From a virus (taxonomy: Duplodnaviria; Caudoviricetes), in IMG/VR virus record IMGVR_UViG_2595698914_000001, positions 64,001-128,000 of that record: a DNA stretch of 64,000 nt; one strand, given 5' to 3'. The translations under genes were made by a program, and so were the position numbers. The first letter of the stretch is position 1, and each line of letters starts with the position of its first letter. The notes under the pieces were generated by a model, which made no database searches, had not been told where the DNA came from, and worked only from the letters and a program-made list of their open reading frames with translations. This document shows, in pieces, positions 20,184 to 29,801 of the stretch.

Positions 20184-21581
20184 GTGATGTTTACATTAAG
20201 AAATCCAAATCTAATCCTTCTTTTATCAGAAGCGTGTCAAGGTTCAATCCGTTATAAGGAAACCTCCGCTTTTGGTAAGTTAGCATCAGTTCTTCCTCAA
20301 GAAGTAGATAACCTAAATGAATTACTTGAAGGCTTTAGCCAAGATAGAAATCATGAAGGTTTCATGTCGGAGATGGAAGCTGACTTAACAACGGTTATCC
20401 GCGAACGTGTATCGTTTATACGTAATAGTATCTCTGCTACTGTAGAAGACATCTGTCATTCTATGGAATCTCGTTTAGATGAAGTTACAGCTATGAAGCC
20501 GACTATCACTATCGGTGTATCAATGATTCCTAAAATCTTTAATAGCGAATTATTAGTAGGTTTAACTGAACCGTACCGTAATCATACAGTACGCGATATT
20601 AGCTTTAAGTCTGGAGTTTTCCCAGAATTATTACCTGCTGATTTAATGGGTGTTATTAACTCTATTGAAGATGATGAAGTTAAAGAAATGATTAATGACT
20701 TAGTAGACTCTACACCAGTGTCTATTGTAGATATCTATCGTAATTATTTCGGTGGTAACGTAGGTAAAGGCTATCCTAACGGTGGTGCATTACTAGCACC
20801 AACTTACATTCCATTTATGTATGTTGAGCGTGTTATTGCTTACTTCTTAGCTTGTGGTTTTGATAAGAACGTACATGAAGGTGTTAACTTACCTTTAGAT
20901 GTTTACCGTGGTCAGGTATCAACACTTAAGGCTAATTTAGCGAAGTTAACTTACCAGTCTATTGAAGTACTTAAGTCTACTATTAACAATGAACGTCGTT
21001 TACTTAAGACAGTTGACTACTCAGGTGAGTTACCTACTTTAGTACTTAATAAGAAACAGTACGATATGTTATTAAGTATTGATAACTGTACTCCAGAAAC
21101 TGTTATTGGATTACATTTACGTGGGGCTCTTGTAGACCTACAGTTTGATAACGTTGAAGATTTAGATGAGAAGTCTGAACTATTAGAACTTGCTACTAAG
21201 TCTGCTAATGCTGATTTCAATTACCGTAAGTCTATCAATAACGATAATCGTCGTGTAGCTGCAATTAAAGTTATTCGCGGTATTGTTTCTCAGTACATTG
21301 ATGATGGTAAGTACGTACTTCCAGAAAATCAATCTAAGTTAGACGTCATGAAACAATGTGATGTAATCTTAGGTACAGCCGGTAACTACTCAATGGACAA
21401 GATGTTCTATTTAGTACGTAAACTAGTTTGCTGTGCTCTATATCCAAATAGCGGTGCAGAAACATACTTCGCTTCAATGGATAAGTATCAACGTGAGAAT
21501 CCTACTATTAAACCTCGTGAAGCAGCGACGTTAGCAGTACGCGATACTTTAGTTGATTACATGGCTTCACAGTTAGCCTAA
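20184..21581 (+). CDS. Conserved hypothetical protein (phiKZ gp177-like by position)
   Basis: 465-aa ORF between the RNAP beta gene and the protease. Confidence 0.7.
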   Translation: MMFTLRNPNLILLLSEACQGSIRYKETSAFGKLASVLPQEVDNLNELLEGFSQDRNHEGFMSEMEADLTTVIRERVSFIRNSISATVEDICHSMESRLDEVTAMKPTITIGVSMIPKIFNSELLVGLTEPYRNHTVRDISFKSGVFPELLPADLMGVINSIEDDEVKEMINDLVDSTPVSIVDIYRNYFGGNVGKGYPNGGALLAPTYIPFMYVERVIAYFLACGFDKNVHEGVNLPLDVYRGQVSTLKANLAKLTYQSIEVLKSTINNERRLLKTVDYSGELPTLVLNKKQYDMLLSIDNCTPETVIGLHLRGALVDLQFDNVEDLDEKSELLELATKSANADFNYRKSINNDNRRVAAIKVIRGIVSQYIDDGKYVLPENQSKLDVMKQCDVILGTAGNYSMDKMFYLVRKLVCCALYPNSGAETYFASMDKYQRENPTIKPREAATLAVRDTLVDYMASQLA

Positions 21582-21592
21582 GGTTATCCATT

Positions 21593-22294
21593 ATGTTTAG
21601 TATGTCATCTTTAAAGTTGGCTCCTAACAACATAACTAAACACCTAGTAGAGCAGGACGATGATTCGGTATATACCAAACGCGACTGCTCTTTATTCGTT
21701 CCAAAGAAATGGTTAAACACACGTTTAGCCAGTATTGAAGATAGGTACTTTATTTTAGCTATCTTTATGATACGTATTGGTGATGAGTATAAGGTGTGGA
21801 ATTACGCTGGAACAATAGAGCTGGCTGTAACAGAATACCAAACTACAGTAATTGATGGTACTGAGTGTCTTGAGTTTAAATATAAAGCTGGTGAAGTAGT
21901 AGTTAAAAATGCTAACTCGCCAGTGGATAATACTCTACCATATAGTATCACCAACATGATTACTAAGTTAGGTTCAATCGTCCCGTACTTGAGTTATGAT
22001 GATTTCCTAAGAATACCTGAGACCTTTCCTCTTTACTGTAAGCTTAATATACCAAGTTACGCTTATGTTAACATCTACATGGCTTATGTTTGTCGTTCAA
22101 AGAAAGATAAACGTGTACGTGCTAGTTTAGATAAGAATGATGAGTATGTTAATATACCTCTAAGTTCTGTTAAGTTAGCTGTAGAAAATACACTTAATAA
22201 GTTTAGTGGTGGTTATCTAGATGAGGCTACTCAGGCGGCTCTTATGAATCCATCAGATAAAGCAAGTATGTCTGAAATTATATTACGGAGTTAA
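21593..22294 (+). CDS. Conserved hypothetical protein (phiKZ gp176-like by position)
   Basis: 233 aa; C-terminal NTLNKFSGGYL..A...AL.NPS...S..E.ILR. Confidence 0.7.
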   Translation: MFSMSSLKLAPNNITKHLVEQDDDSVYTKRDCSLFVPKKWLNTRLASIEDRYFILAIFMIRIGDEYKVWNYAGTIELAVTEYQTTVIDGTECLEFKYKAGEVVVKNANSPVDNTLPYSITNMITKLGSIVPYLSYDDFLRIPETFPLYCKLNIPSYAYVNIYMAYVCRSKKDKRVRASLDKNDEYVNIPLSSVKLAVENTLNKFSGGYLDEATQAALMNPSDKASMSEIILRS

Positions 22295-22296
22295 TT

Positions 22297-23100
22297 ATGT
22301 CAACGTTAACATTTACTTCAAACAAAACATTACTCCGTGGTAAGCAGGGTAAGTTAAAGCAAGACAGTGGTGGTTCTTATGAAGTACTAGCTGGTGCTTA
22401 CAATGTCGCTAATAATGTAGGGGATATATATCTCCTAACAGAACGCGTTAAGAAATTGTTCGTTAAGTCTACCATGATGGAAAAACTTAACAAGAATCAG
22501 TTATACGGTGAAGGAGACCATCCGTCACTAGATGAGTTCCGTTCTAAAGCTCGTACTGAACAACAAGCAATTCAGTTATGGATTAATCGTTTAGGTCAAA
22601 TTCAAGCTAAAGCGATATCACATCAAATTACATCTGTGGCCTTAAAGCCATTAGACATTGTTAAAGATGGTCGCCCGGTATGGGGTGTGTTCTTAGGTAT
22701 TAAACCTTTACATCCAGTACTTAAGCAAAGTCTAGCTGACCCTGAACAAAACACAGCTTTTAGTGTTCGTTCTTTTGTTGATCGTTTTATTAAGTTAGGT
22801 GAGATGTTCTGTGAAGCTAAAGATATCATCACGTACGATTGGGTCCCTCATGGTGGTATCTCGTTAGCCACTAAGTACAATACTCCAAGTCTTGAATCAG
22901 AAGGTTCACCACTTATCATGGAAAGCTCAGCTGCAATCACGACAGACATCCTTAATGGTTTGACTGCGATGGAAGAAAGTAAAGAGTATGATATGGCGGG
23001 TGTTGAATCAGATACGGTTTTCAATACAACCATGATTAAAGGATTAGCGGGTTGGAGAGAAGTCCCAGACTTATCTTCTATGGTTAGTCGTAACTGGTAA
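22297..23100 (+). CDS. Prohead (head maturation) serine protease (phiKZ gp175 / T4 gp21-like)
   Basis: GEGDHP (His), AISH, AFSVRS (Ser), ITYDWV..GG; C-terminal SLE and GVE candidate self-cleavage sites. Confidence 0.9.
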   Translation: MSTLTFTSNKTLLRGKQGKLKQDSGGSYEVLAGAYNVANNVGDIYLLTERVKKLFVKSTMMEKLNKNQLYGEGDHPSLDEFRSKARTEQQAIQLWINRLGQIQAKAISHQITSVALKPLDIVKDGRPVWGVFLGIKPLHPVLKQSLADPEQNTAFSVRSFVDRFIKLGEMFCEAKDIITYDWVPHGGISLATKYNTPSLESEGSPLIMESSAAITTDILNGLTAMEESKEYDMAGVESDTVFNTTMIKGLAGWREVPDLSSMVSRNW

Positions 23101-23110
23101 AACACGTTTA

Positions 23111-23153
23111 TTAGACAGGGCATCAGTCCTGTCTAATTTGCCCCTATTTTTTT
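23111..23153 (+). terminator. Hairpin / probable terminator
   Basis: TTAGACAGGG-catcag-TCCTGTCTAA; T run a little downstream. Confidence 0.6.
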
Positions 23154-23180
23154 ATAACCCTATATTATAGTAGTGAATTA
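23151..23180 (+). promoter_or_regulatory. Putative early promoter P2
   Basis: TTTATA-accc-TATATTAT-agta-GTGAATTA. Confidence 0.75.
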
Positions 23181-23218
23181 ATAAACCTATTTTAAACTTA
23201 ATAAAGGAAACTAAGATT

Positions 23219-23626
23219 ATGTCAGACTCAACAAGAGAAGAATTTGGTAGTATAGCTAATAATGTGTTAAAACTTAAAGCTAATTTATACATTAATTCAC
23301 CTACATTAAACGTAGCAACTTGCGAAGCTATAGTAACCGATATAGCGGATTACTGTAATAAGTTAGTTCCTCTTAAGGAAGAAATATTTGAAGAACTAAT
23401 GAATGAAAATGATGTTGTGGAATTACCAGATGATAATACCCTAACTAGTATCCTTGTATATGGTGATGATGGATATACGTTAAGGGCAATGACCGGTGCG
23501 TTAACTGGTAACATAACTCGATTATTTAATGATGTTGATTTTCATACGGGAACAGACATACAACAACTTATAAGTGTTAACCAACAAAAAGAACTAATTA
23601 CAGTAATACTCATTCAAAGAGATTAA
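23219..23626 (+). CDS. Acidic hypothetical protein, monocistronic early unit
   Basis: 135 aa; AAAGGA RBS; own promoter and terminator. Confidence 0.75.
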   Translation: MSDSTREEFGSIANNVLKLKANLYINSPTLNVATCEAIVTDIADYCNKLVPLKEEIFEELMNENDVVELPDDNTLTSILVYGDDGYTLRAMTGALTGNITRLFNDVDFHTGTDIQQLISVNQQKELITVILIQRD

Positions 23627-23660
23627 ATAGAGGAGAGCTTTCGCTCTCCCTTATTTTTTG
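23625..23660. terminator. Terminator, AAATAGAGGAGAGC family copy 1
   Basis: GGAGAGC-tttc-GCTCTCC then cttaTTTTTT. Confidence 0.8.
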
Positions 23661-23662
23661 TT

Positions 23663-24703
23663 TTATCTGCTCAATATAGAACTATAAAAATCTTTAGACT
23701 CTGAATCTAAATGCCGTAATAAGTTATCAGTTCTACGTCTACCCAGTAACTTCTTAAGTCTGTTCTCATGAGTACTAACTTCTAGCCTTAAATCATAGTT
23801 ATCATTTAAAGCTGTTAGCTTATTATATAGGTTAACTTCTGATACAGCATTAATCCACATTAATGAATCCATGTAGTAATCATTAACTTCTATACGATAT
23901 CCAGTATTAGAATTAAGCATAGGTAGATTGAAGTATAAGTCAGATAACTGAGTCTTAGTAAGAGAACCAAAATGTTGACGGTAATCTTTCTTAGCTGACT
24001 CGTACAATTTAGTAATGCTGTCGTGTCGGTAAGGTAGACTTAGATATACGTCTTCATCGTTAGGATAAGTTAAATCTAAACTATCCAATTCAAAACGATT
24101 CAATAACGCTATATTTATAACATCATAACTGAGAGGTATTATAAGGAACTCTGTGATGAATTCATTTATATCTAACTCAGTATATCCTAATTCCTTACTA
24201 ATCTTACTACGATGCATTACAGAGGCTAATAGAGGTATGTCTATCGCTAATAAACTATTACTTTCCATACCATTAATGTAGTCTTGTATTCTAAGAGAAG
24301 TTTGGTCATGATAATAAAGCTTTAGAATACTTTCATGGTCTTTAACAGTACCATTTAAAAAAGTAACTTCGAATTCTTTATGTATCAGATAGTCCTTACC
24401 TAATAGTATGTCCTGTGGAGTTTGTTTAACTCCCGGATATACTACATTAAATAAGTTGGCAATATGCCTAAGGTTCTGTCTAACATTTTCATATGTTTGC
24501 TCGGGTGTACTACCAAAGTATTGCTGTACGGTATTACAAATAGTGGATAATGTATGGCTGTTGTTGAATTTAATAGCCTTACCCCAATGATACTGTATAA
24601 AGGATTCTATATTACTTTCTATACGATTCTCTAATCGTATAATATTATTAGACTTACTTATTGTGGTTCCTGTAGATGAACCGGTTAGATTGACAAACTG
24701 CAT
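23663..24703 (-). CDS. Probable virion structural protein (phiKZ gp174-like by position)
   Basis: 346-aa ORF, GGAG RBS; LLAIDIPLL motif. Confidence 0.65.
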   Translation of the reverse strand: MQFVNLTGSSTGTTISKSNNIIRLENRIESNIESFIQYHWGKAIKFNNSHTLSTICNTVQQYFGSTPEQTYENVRQNLRHIANLFNVVYPGVKQTPQDILLGKDYLIHKEFEVTFLNGTVKDHESILKLYYHDQTSLRIQDYINGMESNSLLAIDIPLLASVMHRSKISKELGYTELDINEFITEFLIIPLSYDVINIALLNRFELDSLDLTYPNDEDVYLSLPYRHDSITKLYESAKKDYRQHFGSLTKTQLSDLYFNLPMLNSNTGYRIEVNDYYMDSLMWINAVSEVNLYNKLTALNDNYDLRLEVSTHENRLKKLLGRRRTDNLLRHLDSESKDFYSSILSR

Positions 24704-24767
24704 AGCTGATCATCTCCAAGATGGTGAATACTAAGTTCTTAACTATAGATTTTGAGATAAGTAAATA

Positions 24768-24792
24768 AATACACCTATATATTATAGAAGTG
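24768..24792 (+). promoter_or_regulatory. Putative early promoter P3
   Basis: AATACA-ccta-TATATTAT-agaa-GTG; heads the 24829-31539 gene run. Confidence 0.7.
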
Positions 24793-24828
24793 TATGTATA
24801 TAACAATTCTACTTAATGGGTATTATAA

Positions 24829-25092
24829 ATGCCGCGTAAAAAAATAAAACGTAAACATAAGCATAAACCAAAAAAGAAATTTAAACATCAGCCGTATAAC
24901 CTTAATCATAAATTTAATTTCCCAGCTAGCCTATGGGAGATATACGAAGCAGCTTTAAGACATGATGTATTAGATGAAGTAGTTAAAAAACATCTAGCTA
25001 ATTCACGAATTAAAGATGATAAAGGTAATGGTTTAATTTTAGAGGGAGACCGAATGAATAATCATATAAACGTAGAAGGTATATTCAAATGA
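24829..25092 (+). CDS. Hypothetical protein with Lys/His-rich N-terminus
   Basis: MPRKKIKRKHKHKPKKKFKH. Confidence 0.7.
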   Translation: MPRKKIKRKHKHKPKKKFKHQPYNLNHKFNFPASLWEIYEAALRHDVLDEVVKKHLANSRIKDDKGNGLILEGDRMNNHINVEGIFK

Positions 25093-25538
25093 TATTTCCA
25101 CAAACTAGAAGAGTAGCAACTAAGAACGATATTATCGAAGTAGCTATACCTAAACATAACGAATACTATTTAAACAATTTAGCCATTGATGATGTTGAAA
25201 GAACTCTACGCGTGTTTCAATTAATGAACAATCAGTTGTTTGCGGTTAGTGCTTTAGTTGATGAGCGTATGATATTAAAGCAAGTGCTCTTGAAACCAAA
25301 AGAGTTCGATACAAGAATACACACTATCAATGCCATTAGCGACCCACTTCAACATGTATACAGTATTGAAGGTAAGTATCCAGAGATACGTAATATACCT
25401 GTAACTAACTTAACAGCAGATAAGTCAAGTCAGCATGTAAATGTACATTATCTTTTACGTATAGGTCGTAATAGTAAATGTTCTTTATCTCGTTGTGAAA
25501 CAAACATTAGAAGTACGGCTAGTATCATGGGGTTCTAA
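25089..25538 (+). CDS. Hypothetical protein
   Basis: 149 aa, ATGA overlap. Confidence 0.7.
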   Translation: MIFPQTRRVATKNDIIEVAIPKHNEYYLNNLAIDDVERTLRVFQLMNNQLFAVSALVDERMILKQVLLKPKEFDTRIHTINAISDPLQHVYSIEGKYPEIRNIPVTNLTADKSSQHVNVHYLLRIGRNSKCSLSRCETNIRSTASIMGF

Positions 25539-25539
25539 T

Positions 25540-25890
25540 ATGAGATTATATACTTGTCAGATTGCTAAATGGCGTAAAGCAGAGAACTTCCTAGATACCA
25601 CAGTTAAGTCTGGGGATAAGTTGTTTGCTCCAACGTGGAATTTACTTGGTCTATATAGGACTGGTCAAATTAATGATGAGGAATATAAGACTCAGTTTAT
25701 AGAATTAATGAGAACATCTTTTACCAATAACAAAGACCACTGGTTAAAGATATTAAATCAAGAAGTATTAACTATAGGGTGTTATTGTACACCGGGTAAG
25801 TTTTGCCATAGATTAATACTAGTAGAATTATTTAAATCGGTTTGTCTAAAATATAATATTAACTTTGAATACCTAGGAGAATTAGAATGA
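25540..25890 (+). CDS. DUF488-like protein (CxCx5CH motif)
   Basis: FAPTW...EEY...LTIGCYCTPGKFCHRLIL; start moved to ATG 25540. Confidence 0.7.
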   Translation: MRLYTCQIAKWRKAENFLDTTVKSGDKLFAPTWNLLGLYRTGQINDEEYKTQFIELMRTSFTNNKDHWLKILNQEVLTIGCYCTPGKFCHRLILVELFKSVCLKYNINFEYLGELE

Positions 25891-26384
25891 CATTGGGACA
25901 ATTAAAATTAAAAGCGTTTTGCGAGTTACTTGTATTAACCCCACTTAAAGTGACTATCAAACTAGCCTCTATCATATGTACTATCTGTGGCTTCAAGGAT
26001 AAAGCATTAAGTTACGATATAGTATCGATGGCATACAGTTATAAGTATTACCTACAGCGACAAGCGTGTCCAACAATAGTAGGTATCTACCTTAACGAAG
26101 TTCTTGGTTATTCTCGTAACGAGAACTCAATCATTGACAACTTACGTGATGAAATGTTAAGGGATAAAAAGACATTCGATTACCTTTATCCTATATTTCA
26201 ATCTAGAGATGCTAAACGTATACTAACGTTACTAAATACGATAGACGATATTAGTATGGTTGAATATAAGGAATTGATAAATCCCAACCATAAGTCATTC
26301 GTTAGTTTAGTAAGTAAAGAAAAACTACTTAAAGATAAAATCGATAAGTCTTCATTAGAATTAGATTCAAGGTTTGGATTATGA
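25887..26384 (+). CDS. Hypothetical protein
   Basis: 165 aa, ATGA overlap, AGGAG RBS. Confidence 0.7.
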   Translation: MTLGQLKLKAFCELLVLTPLKVTIKLASIICTICGFKDKALSYDIVSMAYSYKYYLQRQACPTIVGIYLNEVLGYSRNENSIIDNLRDEMLRDKKTFDYLYPIFQSRDAKRILTLLNTIDDISMVEYKELINPNHKSFVSLVSKEKLLKDKIDKSSLELDSRFGL

Positions 26385-26737
26385 ATGGTATATGGTCAAT
26401 AGTTACTCCAGAAATGTTTACGGAGAAAATGTTAGCTATGTCTAAACAAGAACTAACCTTAGATGATTATAAGAAGGAGTTCTTTAATTACTGGGTAACT
26501 CATAAAGATACTACTCAACATGTACATCACGATGAGTTAGACCATACTACTAAGGCTTTACGTCTGAGTTCCGGTGAGTTACAAATTAAACCAGTTCCAG
26601 TGGGTGTTCCTTGTAGACTACACGGTAAGACTACCTTACATCGACAAATGGTAGAGAATAAAGTAGGTTGGGATGATTACTCTACCGATGAATTAAATAA
26701 TTCGAATATAGTTCCTACTAAATATAAACCTAATTAA
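26381..26737 (+). CDS. Hypothetical protein
   Basis: 118 aa, ATGA overlap. Confidence 0.7.
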   Translation: MNGIWSIVTPEMFTEKMLAMSKQELTLDDYKKEFFNYWVTHKDTTQHVHHDELDHTTKALRLSSGELQIKPVPVGVPCRLHGKTTLHRQMVENKVGWDDYSTDELNNSNIVPTKYKPN

Positions 26738-26748
26738 GGAAGTCACTC

Positions 26749-27360
26749 GTGATACTTAATCGAGTAAAGAATTACACTCAGTTACAACAGATGTTTCTAT
26801 TGAAAGGTCTTGTCGGTGGCTTTACTGGTACTTTAATGGTAGCAGTATTAACTCTAGAAATCGTAACAAACTTTCCAGCAGATGTAGTTCTATTAAAGAA
26901 TTATTTAATGCAAGCGCCAACCTTACTTATATTAATTCCATTCGTCGGTGTGTGGATTAGAAAAAATCCTATCTACTGTTACAGACTGAAAGGGGTATTA
27001 AGTATTGGTGGATTAATTGGTTTAGTTATGGTGGAGCTTTTAGATGCTTCTAAGATTTGGTATCTGGTTGATGCTGGACTAGTAGCTATTATGGCTGTTC
27101 TTATGTTACCTCATAAATCATACTACAAGAGCGCTGTAGTAAATAAATGCAAAGTTTACTCTGAGGATTGTGGTTATGTTGAGATGTTTAATAATATAAC
27201 TTACGTCCTACTGGGTATAACTCTTGTGACTATACCTATACCAACGGTCTATTTGTTAATGTTAGTAGTACCACTAGAATGTTTAGAACGTTACTTAGAG
27301 AACCGCTGCGTTGAAGTGGTATACTATGAAGACGAACCAGAATTACACGAATACGTATAA
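26749..27360 (+). CDS. Multi-pass membrane protein, paralog A
   Basis: About six hydrophobic segments; AAGGA RBS; similar to 34354..34926. Confidence 0.75.
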   Translation: MILNRVKNYTQLQQMFLLKGLVGGFTGTLMVAVLTLEIVTNFPADVVLLKNYLMQAPTLLILIPFVGVWIRKNPIYCYRLKGVLSIGGLIGLVMVELLDASKIWYLVDAGLVAIMAVLMLPHKSYYKSAVVNKCKVYSEDCGYVEMFNNITYVLLGITLVTIPIPTVYLLMLVVPLECLERYLENRCVEVVYYEDEPELHEYV

Positions 27361-27385
27361 TAAACTAAATTATTAAGGTCTCATC

Positions 27386-28456
27386 ATGAAAGAAAAAATA
27401 AATAACTTCCCTAAGATAGGGGAATTTCGAAAGGTAGTAAAGTATGTAACTGAACGTGCTCAATTTAAAGGATTAGATAGTAGCAATAAACCTATATTCG
27501 ATCGTTCAGTAGAACTTCCGGTAATAAGTTATATTGGTACTGTTAAGATGCATGGTACTAATGGACGTATTGTTTTATCTGAAGACGGTACTATTTCATT
27601 TCATAGTAAGGAGAGCTTACTAGGTTATATAACACCAAGCGGTATTTGGAATCTAGTAAAAGATAATTATGACTTTGCTTATACACTACACCAACGATTG
27701 CCTGGAGTTATTAAAATTTTAAACGAAGCTAAGGAGTTACTGGGTAGTAGGTTAACTTATCCAATAACCTTATCGGGCGAGTGGGTCGGTTCTGGTATAG
27801 CTAAGGGTTCATCTCTTTCAAACTTACCTAATCGATCATTTGTTATTTTCAATGTTAGATCGGGTCTAACCGAATCATTGTTATCTTACGTACTACCAAT
27901 TAAATATTTGACGCGTTTATTGTCTAAAGAATATCATATTTATAATGTAACTCAATTTAAATTATTTCAGTTCGATATAGATTTCAATAATCCTCTGACA
28001 ATCCAAAACAAATTGGTGGAATGTGTAAGTTCTATTGAGGAAAAATGTCCTGTGGCTGATTTCTTTAACTTACCCGGTGAATTAGTTGGTGAAGGTATTG
28101 TATGTATTCCTGATAATCGTGGTTACATATGGGAACCAAAGACGTGGTTTAAAGTAAAAGGTAAGAAGCATTCTTCAACTAAAGTAAAAACCTTAGCAGC
28201 TATATGTCCTGAGAAACTAAATACGGTTAATAAGTTTATTGAATACTCAGTTACTGTTAACCGTTTAGAACAGGCTTTAGGCGAGATAGGTCTGGCTAAA
28301 GAGTCTACTGGTAGTTTTATTAAATGGATAATAGATGATATCCGTTTAGAAGAAAACGATACATTAGAACAGAATAATCTTACTATTAGAGATGTTTCTA
28401 AAGGAATCTCTAAAGTAGCTAGTAATTTCTATTTAACTAATCTCAATAACAAATAA
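27386..28456 (+). CDS. ATP-dependent RNA ligase (Rnl2-like)
   Basis: Nucleotidyltransferase motifs TVKMHGTN (I), GEWVG (III), FVIFNV (IIIa), GEGIV (IV), FKVKG (V). Confidence 0.85.
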   Translation: MKEKINNFPKIGEFRKVVKYVTERAQFKGLDSSNKPIFDRSVELPVISYIGTVKMHGTNGRIVLSEDGTISFHSKESLLGYITPSGIWNLVKDNYDFAYTLHQRLPGVIKILNEAKELLGSRLTYPITLSGEWVGSGIAKGSSLSNLPNRSFVIFNVRSGLTESLLSYVLPIKYLTRLLSKEYHIYNVTQFKLFQFDIDFNNPLTIQNKLVECVSSIEEKCPVADFFNLPGELVGEGIVCIPDNRGYIWEPKTWFKVKGKKHSSTKVKTLAAICPEKLNTVNKFIEYSVTVNRLEQALGEIGLAKESTGSFIKWIIDDIRLEENDTLEQNNLTIRDVSKGISKVASNFYLTNLNNK

Positions 28457-28476
28457 CTTACTTAAGGAAATATCTC

Positions 28477-28968
28477 ATGAGCAAAATTAATCAATTAAAA
28501 AATCAAACATTAACTAGTCGCTGTAAACCTAACTACAGTGGTAACATTAAACGTATGTTCCTGGGTACGTTAAATAGTAATACTGTATACGGTACTCTTA
28601 TAACTAATGAATTAATCTCACTACTTAAAAGTACTGTTGAGAAAGAAGACATAGATGGGGTCTTTGTAGATAATACAGTTAAATTAAATACAGCATCTGA
28701 GTTTGATGTAGTTAATCGATTTAAAGTGTTAGAAGTGGTTTGTCATTTTAAAGACGTTTATATAGACGTTATGATTGATAATTCGTCTCATCGAGAATTG
28801 ATTACTAATCCTGACTTCATTAATAAACTAGCTTTAGTTACAGTAAACGAAGCTAAGAAAGTAGAAAACACGGTGGTTAATGTACCTAAGAAATTATTAC
28901 GTATAGACATCCATGTTTATAGTAAAGAAGTACTGGAAGGTATTAAAGAAGCACAAGGCGAACATTAA
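28477..28968 (+). CDS. Hypothetical protein
   Basis: 163 aa, AAGGA RBS. Confidence 0.7.
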   Translation: MSKINQLKNQTLTSRCKPNYSGNIKRMFLGTLNSNTVYGTLITNELISLLKSTVEKEDIDGVFVDNTVKLNTASEFDVVNRFKVLEVVCHFKDVYIDVMIDNSSHRELITNPDFINKLALVTVNEAKKVENTVVNVPKKLLRIDIHVYSKEVLEGIKEAQGEH

Positions 28969-29030
28969 TGTATAGGAAGAAAACAATCCGTATCGTAGTA
29001 TTAGTGGTTATAATATTACTATTTATTTAA
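28968..29030 (+). CDS. Putative 20-aa single-pass membrane peptide
   Basis: TAATG overlap; MYRKKTIRIVVLVVIILLFI*; fills the intergenic gap. Confidence 0.5.
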   Translation: MYRKKTIRIVVLVVIILLFI

Positions 29031-29051
29031 TTGAATAAGGGAAACTTAAAA

Positions 29052-29801
29052 ATGAATAATGAATTCTTTAAAGAACTATCAGACACATTAGAAAGTGAAG
29101 CTAATGCTAAGGTTAATCGTGCGTATGAGTTATACTTGAAATGTGATGATATGTTTCGTTCTATTGTTCTACACCACATCGGTTTAAAAGACGTTCCTAC
29201 AGAAGAACGTATAAAAGAATGCTTCGACACATTGGAACTATTAGATGCTCTAGACCATGTCATTGAAGAAATGGAAGAAGACATCAAGCTTAATGGTTCT
29301 CGTGTAGAAGAAGTACCAGTAGTCGATATTAGTAAAGGTGTAGACTTAAATAAACCTATCGATAATGCACCATTGTACACAGAAGATTGTTTAACTTCTC
29401 TTTACTGGTCAGTAGATGATGCTCATGGACTTACGCGTGAAGATGTAGATAAGTTAGTAGCTATGGCTAAGGATATGTTACCTATCCCAGGTGAGTTGAA
29501 TCAGCCTACATTAAAAGAATGTGGTTCAGTTGAAGCATTACATGAACGTGTAGGCTCTATAGAACTGAGTAATGTATCTCATAATATCATAGGTATACGT
29601 GATGAAGGTGATAAAGTATTCTTCGACTACCGCGTATCTCATAATCCGCATCTACCAGAGATTGATATGTCTAAGTATCGTTTCGGTTATCGTGGGTTCT
29701 GTAATAAGGCTCACAGTGGTGAAAACGACATAGATACATTACGTCTAATTACCTTTGATTTAATTCCAATCGAGGAAGATGGTAATGAAGAAGCAGAATG
29801 A
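29052..29801 (+). CDS. Prohead-protease-fold protein lacking catalytic His/Ser
   Basis: GELNQP, NVSHNI, FGYRG, LITFDLIP align with GEGDHP, AISHQI, FSVRS, IITYDWVP of 22297..23100; start set to ATG 29052 after AAGGG. Confidence 0.7.
   Translation: MNNEFFKELSDTLESEANAKVNRAYELYLKCDDMFRSIVLHHIGLKDVPTEERIKECFDTLELLDALDHVIEEMEEDIKLNGSRVEEVPVVDISKGVDLNKPIDNAPLYTEDCLTSLYWSVDDAHGLTREDVDKLVAMAKDMLPIPGELNQPTLKECGSVEALHERVGSIELSNVSHNIIGIRDEGDKVFFDYRVSHNPHLPEIDMSKYRFGYRGFCNKAHSGENDIDTLRLITFDLIPIEEDGNEEAE

Noticed and set aside
28477-28968. Second degenerate protease paralog
   Set aside because: Only faint echoes (NTVYG, LLRIDIH); GE..HP and SH motifs are not recognisable. Needs a profile search.
29027-29380. 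117-aa minus-strand ORF
   Set aside because: Ser-rich antisense shadow of the pseudo-protease gene.
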